IMG/VR virus record: IMGVR_UViG_2654587571_000007 | Direction: 5' to 3' (one strand) | DNA length: 19,693 bases | DNA from: a virus | Lineage: Duplodnaviria; Heunggongvirae; Uroviricota; Caudoviricetes | Shown here: one piece after another, positions 1 to 8,001 of the stretch | How positions within the stretch are numbered: position 1 is the stretch's first letter | Layout of the letters: each line of letters starts with the position of its first letter | Notes under the pieces: model-generated | Told to the model about the DNA's origin: nothing | The model's input: only the letters and a program-made list of their open reading frames with translations | Databases searched by the model: none | Position numbers and translations under genes: made by a program

Positions 1-562
1 TGGCTTTTTGAGCGGCCGCAGAAGCCGAGGACGAGGACGCATCCTCTGACTGCTTTGCTGAGGCTGCACTTTCTGCCGCCTGCCGGGCTGACTCCGATGC
101 CTCCCCTGCTGAAGTGTCAGCATTTGCAGCGCTCTCTTCTGCCTGACTGGCTGATATGCCGGCATTCCTCGCTGACGTCTCCGCCTCTCCGGCATTCTTC
201 TTCGCCTCCTCAGCGTGACGCGCCACCTCTTCCACCATCTGTTCAAAACGGCGCAGTGCCTCCGGCCGGGCATCCTCCTCCGTCATGGCACCGAGAAAAT
301 CATTCAGCGTACCCGGCTGAGAATCTTCATACACGGTGATGGTCCCGGCATGTGACGGCGGGACCCCTTCCACCAACAGAATAACGCTGTACTGACCGTA
401 CTCAACGTCCATGCTGTAACGCCCGGCTTCATCCGGATTTTCTGAGGCCAGCGTGTTCACCACCACCGTGGTGCTGTTACGTTTTGCTTTCAGCTGGATT
501 GTGCAGTTCTGTACCGGTTTTCCTGTGCCGTCTTTCAGTACACCTGAAATCTTTACTGCCAT
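1..562 (-). CDS. stf: Side tail fiber protein Stf, N-terminal ~187 codons; gene continues beyond the window start
   Basis: Minus-strand ATG at 562-560; frame stays open to position 1 (absent from the ORF track because no stop lies in the window). Translation MAVKISGVLKDGTGKPVQNCTIQLKAKRNSTTVVVN...GRYSMDVEYGQYSVIL...PSHAGTITVYEDSQPGTLNDFL matches the lambda Stf N-terminus as I recall it, followed by an Ala/Ser/Glu-rich shaft segment. Position after lom matches lambda order. Confidence 0.8.
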   Translation of the reverse strand, partial: MAVKISGVLKDGTGKPVQNCTIQLKAKRNSTTVVVNTLASENPDEAGRYSMDVEYGQYSVILLVEGVPPSHAGTITVYEDSQPGTLNDFLGAMTEEDARPEALRRFEQMVEEVARHAEEAKKNAGEAETSARNAGISASQAEESAANADTSAGEASESARQAAESAASAKQSEDASSSSASAAAQKA

Positions 563-573
563 ATTCACCCCAC

Positions 574-600
574 AAAAAAGCCCGCCTGAACCGGCGGGCT
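574..600 (-). terminator. Putative rho-independent terminator downstream of lom
   Basis: Minus strand reads AGCCCGCC-GGTTCA-GGCGGGCT followed by TTTTTT (plus-strand A-run 574-579, stem-loop 580-600), between the lom stop (627) and the stf start (562). Confidence 0.5.
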
Positions 601-626
601 GTCATAACACTGTGTTACCTGGCTAA

Positions 627-1250
627 TCAGAATTTATAGCCGACACCCACGATGAAACCGTCAGTGCGCCAGTCGCCACTGCCGGAACCTTCATAAGCAA
701 GGTCAATAACCACCGTCTCTACGGGACTGAACTGAATCCCGGCATTCCAGGCCGGCGACAGATGACGCGCAGTATGACCATCACTGGCGGTGGTGGTCTC
801 CTTCACATACCCCGGTTTCACTTCATCACGCCGGTAATCCTGAACACTGTCAGACCAGCGGGTGTACGCCATCCCGGCCATGCCATAGAGACTGACCCGC
901 TCACTGAGCTGCCAGACAGGGCCGGCCATCAGACTGACATAACGACCGCGCAGGCTTTCATAATGGAAGGTATTTTCACCCGTCTTCATCGTGTCACTTT
1001 TCTTCACCGATGCATAACTCAGCGCGACAATGCCGCCCAGGTGATCCGTGAACTCATAACGGTATTTCACATTAATCCCTTTTAAATCACCTGCACGCGC
1101 ACCGGTACCGGACAATGCCGGTACGCCGCCCGGGTGAACCTGAGCATATCCCACGGAAAATGCACCGTGTCCGTTTTCAGCCTGTGCAGGAAAGGCAATT
1201 CCTGCCAGCAGGGTAGTAAACAATAATATCGTTGCGTATAAATGCCGCAT
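627..1250 (-). CDS. lom: Outer membrane protein Lom (Ail/Lom/PagC family beta-barrel), lysogenic-conversion moron
   Basis: ORF 627..1286; I place the start at the internal Met (MRHLYATILLFTTLLAGIAFPAQA, a typical Sec signal peptide). C-terminal ...GSGSGDWRTDGFIVGVGYKF ends in an aromatic residue as in OM beta-barrels and matches lambda Lom from memory. Lies between J and stf as in lambda. Confidence 0.9.
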   Translation of the reverse strand: MRHLYATILLFTTLLAGIAFPAQAENGHGAFSVGYAQVHPGGVPALSGTGARAGDLKGINVKYRYEFTDHLGGIVALSYASVKKSDTMKTGENTFHYESLRGRYVSLMAGPVWQLSERVSLYGMAGMAYTRWSDSVQDYRRDEVKPGYVKETTTASDGHTARHLSPAWNAGIQFSPVETVVIDLAYEGSGSGDWRTDGFIVGVGYKF

Positions 1251-1275
1251 GATTACCTCTTTGTTTTCAGTCAAT

Positions 1276-1299
1276 AAAAAAGGCACCTCCTGAGGTGCC
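1276..1299 (-). terminator. Putative rho-independent terminator between J and lom
   Basis: Minus strand reads GGCACCTC-AG-GAGGTGCC followed by TTTTTT (plus 1282-1299 stem-loop, A-run 1276-1281), 20 nt downstream of the J stop and just upstream of the lom start. Confidence 0.5.
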
Positions 1300-1318
1300 C
1301 GTCCGGGTTAATAAACCG

Positions 1319-4300
1319 TCAGCTGATACTGATCCCTGCCGTGGATTTTTTCATGACCACAACCAGTAAATCACTGATGTACGTTGTCGGCGTCCAGTTG
1401 TTCGCACCGGCCGACGACACATTAAACGTCAGGGTGACATGACCCCGCCCTGCCGGCATATCTATCACCGATGAGAACACCCGGCTGACATCCGTTGCCG
1501 GTTCATGGAAAATCTCAACCCCGTTCTTCAGCACCTGCAGCTTACAGGTGGAATACCAGTACGACTGCTGATTCGGGCTGTTGAAATTCTGGTGTTTCGT
1601 CCCGCGAAACAGCACCGGGGGAATGATAATCTGCCGGTCGAAGCCCTGGTCATCGTAAACTGTGACGGTTACCGTCCCGCTGGCATAACTGTTATTCCGG
1701 GGAAAGGCTTTCCCCACCGTCTTCACCAGGTCGCCTTCAATCTGGTTTGCAGACAGTTTCCCTCTGATGACACAGTTCTCGTTAATGGTGACATTATTGA
1801 GCGTGCCGGTATTCGCGGTAATTGCTCCGCTGATATCCGCGTTCCTGGCTGTCAGCTTCCCTTCCGGCGTCAGGGAAAACGTCGGGGGGTTGCCGGATGA
1901 CGTGATACTCGCCGCAAACAGACGCTTCAGGAACACGTCGTTCATGAACAGCTGATTCCCCTGCGCCACAAATAACGGAGTGCTGTTGCCGCTCTCCGGA
2001 TTTATCATCGCGATACGGTCAGCCAGCAGCAGTATGTTGCTCAGTGGCTGGCCATCAGTATCCTCAATCCCTGCACCAATCCCGGCCACATAGGGAATGC
2101 CGTCTTTCGTTTTTTGAACCTTCAGCATGTACAGCGCAGCCAGGTCATCATTTGTGTCCTTCTGCACGCGCTGTATCTGCTGAATGGTGGCGCTCTGGTC
2201 TTCCAGCGTTTTACTGACCGTCTGTGTGATTTCATTGCGGGTTTCGGTGATGGTGGTCTTCATCTCCGCCATCTCATCCGCAAGCTGGCTGTTGTCTATC
2301 AGCTCCCATAGCCCCTGAGCCAGATGCAGTTTTCCTATTTTTTCCCGGAAAAATTCCAGATACCCTTCACCATCATTGCTGGGCTGCCCGCTGACTTCCA
2401 CAAACGCAGATTTCCCCACCAGGTTGACGCTGCGCACGTAAAACCAGAAATCCTTCCCGGGCTTAATGTGCGGGCCGGATACACTCCACTGACTGCCGGT
2501 CCCCAGATAACGGGCAGAGGTTTCCACCTGAGATGTGTCTGCGATTTTTGCCTCCGAAAACCAGAACTCAAACTGTACCGTCGGGTCATACACCGCAAGA
2601 CGCGGGACCGCCGTTATCTGAAAATACCCCGGCGTCAGTTCAATGGTGGCGGGTTTTGCTGGCGCGTTAATCCGGAAGGTGGTGGTGGCCGGTTCGCCCT
2701 GCTGGCCATAACTGTTAATTGCCCGGACTGTCAGGGTGTATTCCCCGAGCGGCAGACCACTGAAACGATGCTCTGTATCCGCAGTGATGGCGGTGGTCAC
2801 CAGACGGCTGTCTTCTCCGCTTCCGTTGGTCAGGCGCAGACTGAAGCGCACCCCCTTCACCACCCGCGGCGTGTCCCATTTCGCCTGTGCCAGATACTGA
2901 CCGTCAGCCGCGCTCACCTCCACCGTCAGGTGCTGCACAGCCGGCGGGATGACGCTGTTCAGCGAACCGGACAGTGGCTCAAAGCTGGCCCCGTTATCCA
3001 CAATGGCTTCTTTTTCCGGTACGTGCTGCACCGCCGTGATGGCAAAGGTGCCGTCCGTGTTTTCCCGGATGGAGACACAGCGGAACAGGCGACAACGCAG
3101 TGACGGCAGGGAGAGTCCCCATACACCGTATGTCTCCACACCATCAGGCAGGGTGCTGACCTGTATCCGGTCCGGCGCGGGGTGTGCAGTGATGGCCACG
3201 CTCACCGGCTTACCGCTGCCGTTAATCAGGTTCACCGTGGCGGCACCTGTCTCCGGCAGGGTCACCTCACGGTCCAGTGTCAGGGTGCGGCTGGCGGCAT
3301 CGATGGACAGGATACGTCCGCCGGTCATGGTCCCGGCATAGTCGTTATCACAGATTTCAATAATGTCACCGGGTGTGTGACGCAGCCCCTGTGACCCGAG
3401 CGTGAAATCCACCGTCTGCGTTTCCAGCAGTCCGGTCTTTATCACCCACAGCCCGGCACGGTGGGCCTGACCGCGACTGGTGCAACCGAACGCATCCATC
3501 TTCAGCAGGTTGCGCCCGTAGCGCAGTATGGCTTCCGGGTCTTCCACCAGTTCCGTGGAGGTCTGCCAGCCGTTCTGCGGGTCGGTGTAATTCACCTCCA
3601 CCGCCGTGTGACGGTCCTTCAGGGCGCTGAAGCTGTAGCGAAACCCCACGCCGTTATCATCCACCACCACATCGCAGTTGGTGTACGGCCACACCACATC
3701 CGACGGGCGGTCCTGAACGAACGTCAGCGTCTGGCCGTTCCATACCGGCATACAGCGCATCGCCGAGCAGAAATCACTGAGCACATCCCATGCCTTACGC
3801 TGTTGTGACAGGTACGCATTAAAGGTCATCCGCGGCTCTGTGCCCCCGAAACCATCCGGGACCGTCTGGTCGCAGTACTGCCCGATGGCATACAGCGCCC
3901 ACTTGTCAACATCCGCCGCCACCAGACGTTTTCCCATGCCGTAGCGCGGGTGAGTCAGCATGTCCCACAGGCACCAGGCCGGGTTGTTGCTGTATGCCGG
4001 TTTCAGGCTGCCGTCCCAGATGCCGCTGTACGTGCGTTTTTCCGGGTCATAGTTTGACGGCACCTGGATGATGCGACCTCGGATATGGTAGTTCACCGTC
4101 ATCTGCTGACCGCCAAACTGCTCCGCATCCACCTGCAGCCCCACAATCGCCGTGTTCGGGTAGCACTGTTTCACATCGATGATTTCGGTGTATGACGACC
4201 AGAGCGTCTTATTCTGCAGCTGGTCCGAGGTGCTGTCCGCTGTCTCCCGGACCATCCGGATGTTAAAGGGCCGCTCAGGCAGATTCTCCAGAATCACCGA

Positions 4301-4795
4301 CGCCAGGTACTGTGAGGTGGTCTTGCCGTTAATGGTGACATCCTTTTCCGTCACCCAGTTACCGTTACGCTGCAACTGAATCAGCAGTCGGACAGAAGAG
4401 GGATTACGGTCGCCCTTTGAGGTGGTCTCCAACAGTGACTGCACCCCGAAGGTGACCCGCAGGCGGTCAATGTTCGCGGATGTAATGGTGCGCGTTACCG
4501 GCTTTGCCTTCGTCACTTCCACGCCCAGTCCGGTTTCAGCTCCGGAGGACTCAAAGCCTTCCGGTGGTGTCTGCTCCTGCTCCCCGGCGCGCCAGACCGC
4601 GGTCACACCGTGTATCACAGGATTGCCGTCCGTGTCCGTCAGCGGGGTTTTGTTCACCAGGATACTCTGCAGCCCCTTCACCGGGCCTTCTATCGGTCCC
4701 TCACCAATCGCATCAATCACACTCATCATCTGCGTGGATTTGAGATTATCCTTCGCCTCTCGAGGCGTGTGCGCCCTGCCGCCACCTTTGCCCAT
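1319..4795 (-). CDS. J: Tail tip / host specificity protein J (central tail fiber)
   Basis: 1158-aa ORF with RBS GAGAGGAA before the ATG. N-terminus [39 protein letters not shown] and overall length match lambda J (1132 aa) from memory. Follows I as in lambda. The C-terminal ~250 aa differ from lambda J as I recall it. Confidence 0.95.
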   Translation of the reverse strand: MGKGGGRAHTPREAKDNLKSTQMMSVIDAIGEGPIEGPVKGLQSILVNKTPLTDTDGNPVIHGVTAVWRAGEQEQTPPEGFESSGAETGLGVEVTKAKPVTRTITSANIDRLRVTFGVQSLLETTSKGDRNPSSVRLLIQLQRNGNWVTEKDVTINGKTTSQYLASVILENLPERPFNIRMVRETADSTSDQLQNKTLWSSYTEIIDVKQCYPNTAIVGLQVDAEQFGGQQMTVNYHIRGRIIQVPSNYDPEKRTYSGIWDGSLKPAYSNNPAWCLWDMLTHPRYGMGKRLVAADVDKWALYAIGQYCDQTVPDGFGGTEPRMTFNAYLSQQRKAWDVLSDFCSAMRCMPVWNGQTLTFVQDRPSDVVWPYTNCDVVVDDNGVGFRYSFSALKDRHTAVEVNYTDPQNGWQTSTELVEDPEAILRYGRNLLKMDAFGCTSRGQAHRAGLWVIKTGLLETQTVDFTLGSQGLRHTPGDIIEICDNDYAGTMTGGRILSIDAASRTLTLDREVTLPETGAATVNLINGSGKPVSVAITAHPAPDRIQVSTLPDGVETYGVWGLSLPSLRCRLFRCVSIRENTDGTFAITAVQHVPEKEAIVDNGASFEPLSGSLNSVIPPAVQHLTVEVSAADGQYLAQAKWDTPRVVKGVRFSLRLTNGSGEDSRLVTTAITADTEHRFSGLPLGEYTLTVRAINSYGQQGEPATTTFRINAPAKPATIELTPGYFQITAVPRLAVYDPTVQFEFWFSEAKIADTSQVETSARYLGTGSQWSVSGPHIKPGKDFWFYVRSVNLVGKSAFVEVSGQPSNDGEGYLEFFREKIGKLHLAQGLWELIDNSQLADEMAEMKTTITETRNEITQTVSKTLEDQSATIQQIQRVQKDTNDDLAALYMLKVQKTKDGIPYVAGIGAGIEDTDGQPLSNILLLADRIAMINPESGNSTPLFVAQGNQLFMNDVFLKRLFAASITSSGNPPTFSLTPEGKLTARNADISGAITANTGTLNNVTINENCVIRGKLSANQIEGDLVKTVGKAFPRNNSYASGTVTVTVYDDQGFDRQIIIPPVLFRGTKHQNFNSPNQQSYWYSTCKLQVLKNGVEIFHEPATDVSRVFSSVIDMPAGRGHVTLTFNVSSAGANNWTPTTYISDLLVVVMKKSTAGISIS

Positions 4796-4815
4796 AATGT
4801 TCCTCTCAATTGGTA

Positions 4816-4928
4816 TTATTAATCGCAGTGATAGGATATTGCACAGCTATTGCGCGATATCATCAGAACGCTGTTTGTTACCCTGTAACCAGCAAGCTCA
4901 GTCTGTTAACGGAATTAATGAGGGTTTT
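4816..4928 (+). promoter_or_regulatory. Putative promoter region and RBS of sodC
   Basis: AT-rich 113-bp stretch upstream of sodC with weak sigma-70-like hexamers (TTGCAC, TATCAT, TAGGAT) but no canonical -35/-10 pair at proper spacing; RBS GAGGG 6-9 nt before the ATG. Exact promoter not determinable by eye. Confidence 0.3.
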
Positions 4929-5456
4929 ATGAAATGTAAAATCATTGCTGCCATTGCCATGCTGACAGCAGCATCATGCGGATACGCAGCAGAACAGGAA
5001 GTCCCAATGAACCTTGTCAGTGCTGACGGAAAAGAAGTCAGCATTGGAAAAATAACCATTCAGGAGACCCCCTACGGTCTGCTGTTCACACCAGCCCTTC
5101 ACTCTCTGTCTGAAGGCATTCATGGTTTTCATGTGCACGAAAAAGGAAATTGCGCCCCGGCACTGAAAGACGGAAAACCGGTCGCAGCATTATCGGCTGG
5201 CGGTCACTTTGACCCGAAAAACACCGGCAAACATCTTGGCCCCTGGTCTCCGGATGGACACCTGGGCGACCTCCCTGCGCTGTTCGTGACGCATGACGGA
5301 AAAGCGAACTACCCGGTCCTGGCCCCGAGACTGAACTCATTAAAAGAGATTAAAGGGCGTTCTCTCATGCTTCATGCTGGCGGTGATAACCATCATGACC
5401 ATCCGGAGCCCCTGGGCGGTGGTGGTGCGAGAATGGCCTGCGGCATCATTCAATAA
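4929..5456 (+). CDS. sodC: Periplasmic Cu,Zn superoxide dismutase (prophage-encoded SodC)
   Basis: Start ATG at 4929 ([20 protein letters not shown] signal peptide), in frame with the 3' part of track ORF 4422..5456. His-rich metal-ligand blocks [48 protein letters not shown] visible in the translation; resembles Salmonella Gifsy-2 SodCI from memory. Opposite strand to all flanking phage genes; visibly more AT-rich than the tail genes. Confidence 0.93.
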   Translation: MKCKIIAAIAMLTAASCGYAAEQEVPMNLVSADGKEVSIGKITIQETPYGLLFTPALHSLSEGIHGFHVHEKGNCAPALKDGKPVAALSAGGHFDPKNTGKHLGPWSPDGHLGDLPALFVTHDGKANYPVLAPRLNSLKEIKGRSLMLHAGGDNHHDHPEPLGGGGARMACGIIQ

Positions 5457-5463
5457 TCAGTCA

Positions 5464-5490
5464 GGTAAGGGGCGGGCCCCTTACCTTTAT
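5464..5490 (+). terminator. Rho-independent terminator of sodC
   Basis: Perfect 9-bp stem GGTAAGGGG / CCCCTTACC with loop CGGG, followed by TTTAT, starting 8 nt after the sodC stop. On the minus strand it is not followed by a T-run, so late-operon readthrough is not blocked. Confidence 0.65.
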
Positions 5491-5604
5491 TCCTCAGGAC
5501 GATAAATCCTTTCTCCCTGAAAAGAACGGCACATCCTCCCTCTCTGAGTTAATGTTTTTGTCGTGACATAAGAATAATTCCTTACACTCAATCTTCGTAA
5601 CGCT

Positions 5605-5641
5605 CCCGCAGTTCCTGTCCGTGAGCACTGCGGGATTTTTT
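5605..5641 (+). terminator. Second plus-strand hairpin plus T-run (orphan terminator-like element)
   Basis: Stem CCCGCAGT (5605-5612) / ACTGCGGG (5627-5634) with a 14-nt loop, followed by ATTTTTT. No plus-strand ORF lies between it and the sodC terminator. Confidence 0.4.
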
Positions 5642-5646
5642 CGCTT

Positions 5647-6327
5647 TTATGCCTGCCGCCCGATAACCACGACCTTTCCGCCCCCGCCTTCATCACGGGT
5701 ACTGATGTCCTGGGATATACGGCGGGAGCCAACCAGCATTTCCCCGTAAGGCACCGGCATCGGGTTACCCTGGGCAATCATGTTGTCCAGTGACGAAAAA
5801 TACGTGTTCTGTCTGCCGTTATCCGTGCTTTTGTACTCCGGTACTTTAGCCTTCGGGGCCAGCATCTGAGCCACACCACCCAGAATCATGCTGGCCCCCA
5901 GAGAAAACAGCATCGTGGTGGCAGAAAAACCACCGGCTGCCAGGGCTGAACCCCATAACGCCATTGATGCCCCGGCAGTGAAGAAAGAGCCCACGATGGC
6001 TGCCGCCCCCAGCACAATCTGCAGTCCACCCTTTCCGGCCCCGGCCAGTCGCGGCACAATGTGGATGACCGTTCCCTCACCCAGCTGTTCGTGAAGACGG
6101 GCGTACACCGCCTCCGGTGCCGTGTCCTCACCGCGAATACGTATCTGGTACCAGCCTTCGTTCATCTGACGGCGGAATCCCGGCATCTGCATCGACAGGG
6201 CACGGATGGCTTCCGCTGCCGTGTTCACATACAGGCTGAGGCGGCGGCCAAATCGTTGTAAATCCCCGTGAAGGCAGATACGTGCCAGTGGCGGTGACGC
6301 CAGGCTGAATGCGTTCGTCGTTGCCAT
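5647..6327 (-). CDS. I: Tail tip assembly protein I
   Basis: 226-aa ORF; size and sequence (…GGVAQMLAPKAK… hydrophobic Gly/Ala-rich C-terminal half) match lambda gpI (223 aa) from memory. Lies between K and J and overlaps the K 3' end as in lambda. Confidence 0.9.
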   Translation of the reverse strand: MATTNAFSLASPPLARICLHGDLQRFGRRLSLYVNTAAEAIRALSMQMPGFRRQMNEGWYQIRIRGEDTAPEAVYARLHEQLGEGTVIHIVPRLAGAGKGGLQIVLGAAAIVGSFFTAGASMALWGSALAAGGFSATTMLFSLGASMILGGVAQMLAPKAKVPEYKSTDNGRQNTYFSSLDNMIAQGNPMPVPYGEMLVGSRRISQDISTRDEGGGGKVVVIGRQA

Positions 6328-6968
6328 TTTTCGGAATACCTCTCCCGTTTACTCAGTTGTTCAGGCAGATGGTGAAGCAGCTCACCGTTGCCGCAGTATA
6401 TGGCGGCATGATTGGCCACCGATGCGCCAAAGCAGCACAGCAGGATATCGCCAGGCTGTGCGGAAGGCAGGGAAATCCTGTAAAAACCAGTCGCCTCCAT
6501 ATTGTCCAGGTACAGGTTCTGACCGTTGCGCCACCAGTCATCCTCACGCTCAAAATCCGGCATATCAATTCCCGCCAGATGGTAGGCATCCCGGAACAGC
6601 GTGTAACAGTCCGTCACCCCGTGCTCAAAGCGCCGTCCTGTCAGATGTGGCACACAGCGGAATTTATGAATTTCCCCCCGGCAGACCAGCCACCAGGACA
6701 GTGCACTTTTTATCTGCAGCCGCCGGTCGGCCTCGCTCAGCCAGGGCAGACCACCGGGATGACTGTGGACCAGTGCCACAATCTCCCCCTGCATCTCTGC
6801 CCGCAGCCAGTCTTCCGGTGCAATACGAAAATACGCCTCCGGCTCTGCAGAGATATTCACACAAGGGATATACCGCTCCCCCTCCGGCGTTCTCACCACG
6901 AAGCCGCACGACTCCGCAGGCACACACCGCCGGGCATGCGCCAGAATCGCTGATTCTGTCTGTGTCAT
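6225..6968 (-). CDS. K: Tail tip assembly protein K (JAB/MPN metalloprotease-like plus NlpC/P60 domains)
   Basis: 247-aa ORF starting 5 nt after the L stop. JAMM-type motif HSHPGGLPWLSEAD (H-x-H-P-x6-S-x2-D) and NlpC/P60-type Cys (GVTDCYTLF) and His (NHAAIY) visible. The 3' end overlaps I by ~100 nt in another frame, as in lambda. Confidence 0.9.
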   Translation of the reverse strand: MTQTESAILAHARRCVPAESCGFVVRTPEGERYIPCVNISAEPEAYFRIAPEDWLRAEMQGEIVALVHSHPGGLPWLSEADRRLQIKSALSWWLVCRGEIHKFRCVPHLTGRRFEHGVTDCYTLFRDAYHLAGIDMPDFEREDDWWRNGQNLYLDNMEATGFYRISLPSAQPGDILLCCFGASVANHAAIYCGNGELLHHLPEQLSKRERYSEKWQRRTHSAWRHRHWHVSAFTGIYNDLAAASACM

Positions 6969-6973
6969 TGGAT

Positions 6974-7672
6974 TTACTGCGAAAGTTTGTTAATGGAAAG
7001 GAAACCGCCAAAATTAGCCACCATGCCGCGCATCTCACACCCGCGCATGCACTTGCTGCATCTGTCCTTACGGATATCGGTGGTGGGTTTATCGAACTCA
7101 TCCGCCACCGCAGGACCGTTATACCCGCATTCATCTCCCCGGTAATCCCACATACAGGTGTTCGCCAGCATGATGCGACCGGGAAACAGCGCTCCGTCCG
7201 TCTCCGTCGGTGTTGCCAGCACAAACGAGGCTGTCATGGCCGTCAGCTCTGACATCTGCTCCACCACCCAGCGGTCGCTCAGCTCCTGCTCCGGGTCCGC
7301 TTCCGGATTGCCCGCCACAAAATTCACCGCATCCAGAAAACGGGCATACACCCGGCGGCGGACCACCGTGGCCCCCACCAGGCTCTGCAGGTCCTCCGCC
7401 ATTCCGGTGACCAGACCGAACAGATTGGACACCGTCAGCGACGGGCGGGCACTGCTGCCCTTCCCGTTCATCTCAAAGCCACTGCCGTCAATCGGGTATG
7501 CCTGATATTGCCGCCCCTGCCAGGTAACCGCCTCCCCTTTTTCATTCAGCTCATTGCAGAAAAAATACCGCTCACCACCCTGTACCGTCAGGTCGATTTC
7601 CCAGAGTACCACCCGCGGTGACTGCTCTGATTTAACCGACTCGTTCAGACTTTCTTCGTGAATATCCTGCAT
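6974..7672 (-). CDS. L: Tail tip protein L
   Basis: 232-aa ORF, same length as lambda gpL; conserved Cys cluster near the C-terminus (DRCSKCMRGCEMRG); start overlaps the M stop (TGATG). Confidence 0.93.
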   Translation of the reverse strand: MQDIHEESLNESVKSEQSPRVVLWEIDLTVQGGERYFFCNELNEKGEAVTWQGRQYQAYPIDGSGFEMNGKGSSARPSLTVSNLFGLVTGMAEDLQSLVGATVVRRRVYARFLDAVNFVAGNPEADPEQELSDRWVVEQMSELTAMTASFVLATPTETDGALFPGRIMLANTCMWDYRGDECGYNGPAVADEFDKPTTDIRKDRCSKCMRGCEMRGMVANFGGFLSINKLSQ

Positions 7673-8001
7673 CAGTTCACCACCTGCTTAAACTCCGCGC
7701 TGAATTCAACCCGCAGCATGCGAACCCGTGATGACCAGGCGGCACAGGTCACCTTTATCTGCCGCCAGGCATAAGGCGGTGTCCACAGAAACGCCTTCCA
7801 GCCACCGTGCTCTGCCAGGAATGCCTCCAGATGTCGGGCCTCCTCCCGGGTCACGGAAAGCGTCACACGGTATGTTTTCAGGTCAGCATTCAGCCCCGCC
7901 GCCATACGCTGCGAATACCCGTCACCAAAACGCACTTCACGCACCGATGGCTGCGAGTTCACCTCCATATCCGGCTTCACTTTCCAGCGAAATGTTTTCA
8001 T
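7672..8001 (-). CDS. M: Tail tip protein M
   Basis: 109-aa ORF, same length as lambda gpM; MKTFRWKVKPDM... matches from memory; overlaps the H stop by 4 nt. Confidence 0.93.
   Translation of the reverse strand: MKTFRWKVKPDMEVNSQPSVREVRFGDGYSQRMAAGLNADLKTYRVTLSVTREEARHLEAFLAEHGGWKAFLWTPPYAWRQIKVTCAAWSSRVRMLRVEFSAEFKQVVN

Noticed and set aside
55-339. Plus-strand ORF (94 aa, Pro/Leu/Ser/His-rich)
   Set aside because: Lies antisense to the well-supported stf N-terminal coding region; low-complexity composition typical of a spurious antisense frame in GC-rich DNA.
1505-4743. Multiple plus-strand ORFs (62-259 aa) inside the J region
   Set aside because: All are antisense to J, lack recognisable motifs or RBS and are Arg/Pro/His-rich as expected for reverse frames of a GC-rich gene.
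4422-4928. 5' two-thirds of the 344-aa plus-strand ORF 4422..5456
   Set aside because: Only the last 176 codons (from ATG 4929, with RBS and signal peptide) are SodC; the upstream part overlaps the J start antisense and has Pro/Ser-rich nonsense composition.
5487-5777. 96-aa minus-strand ORF overlapping the I 3' end and the sodC-I spacer
   Set aside because: Out of frame with I, no good RBS, runs through the terminator hairpins; most likely spurious.
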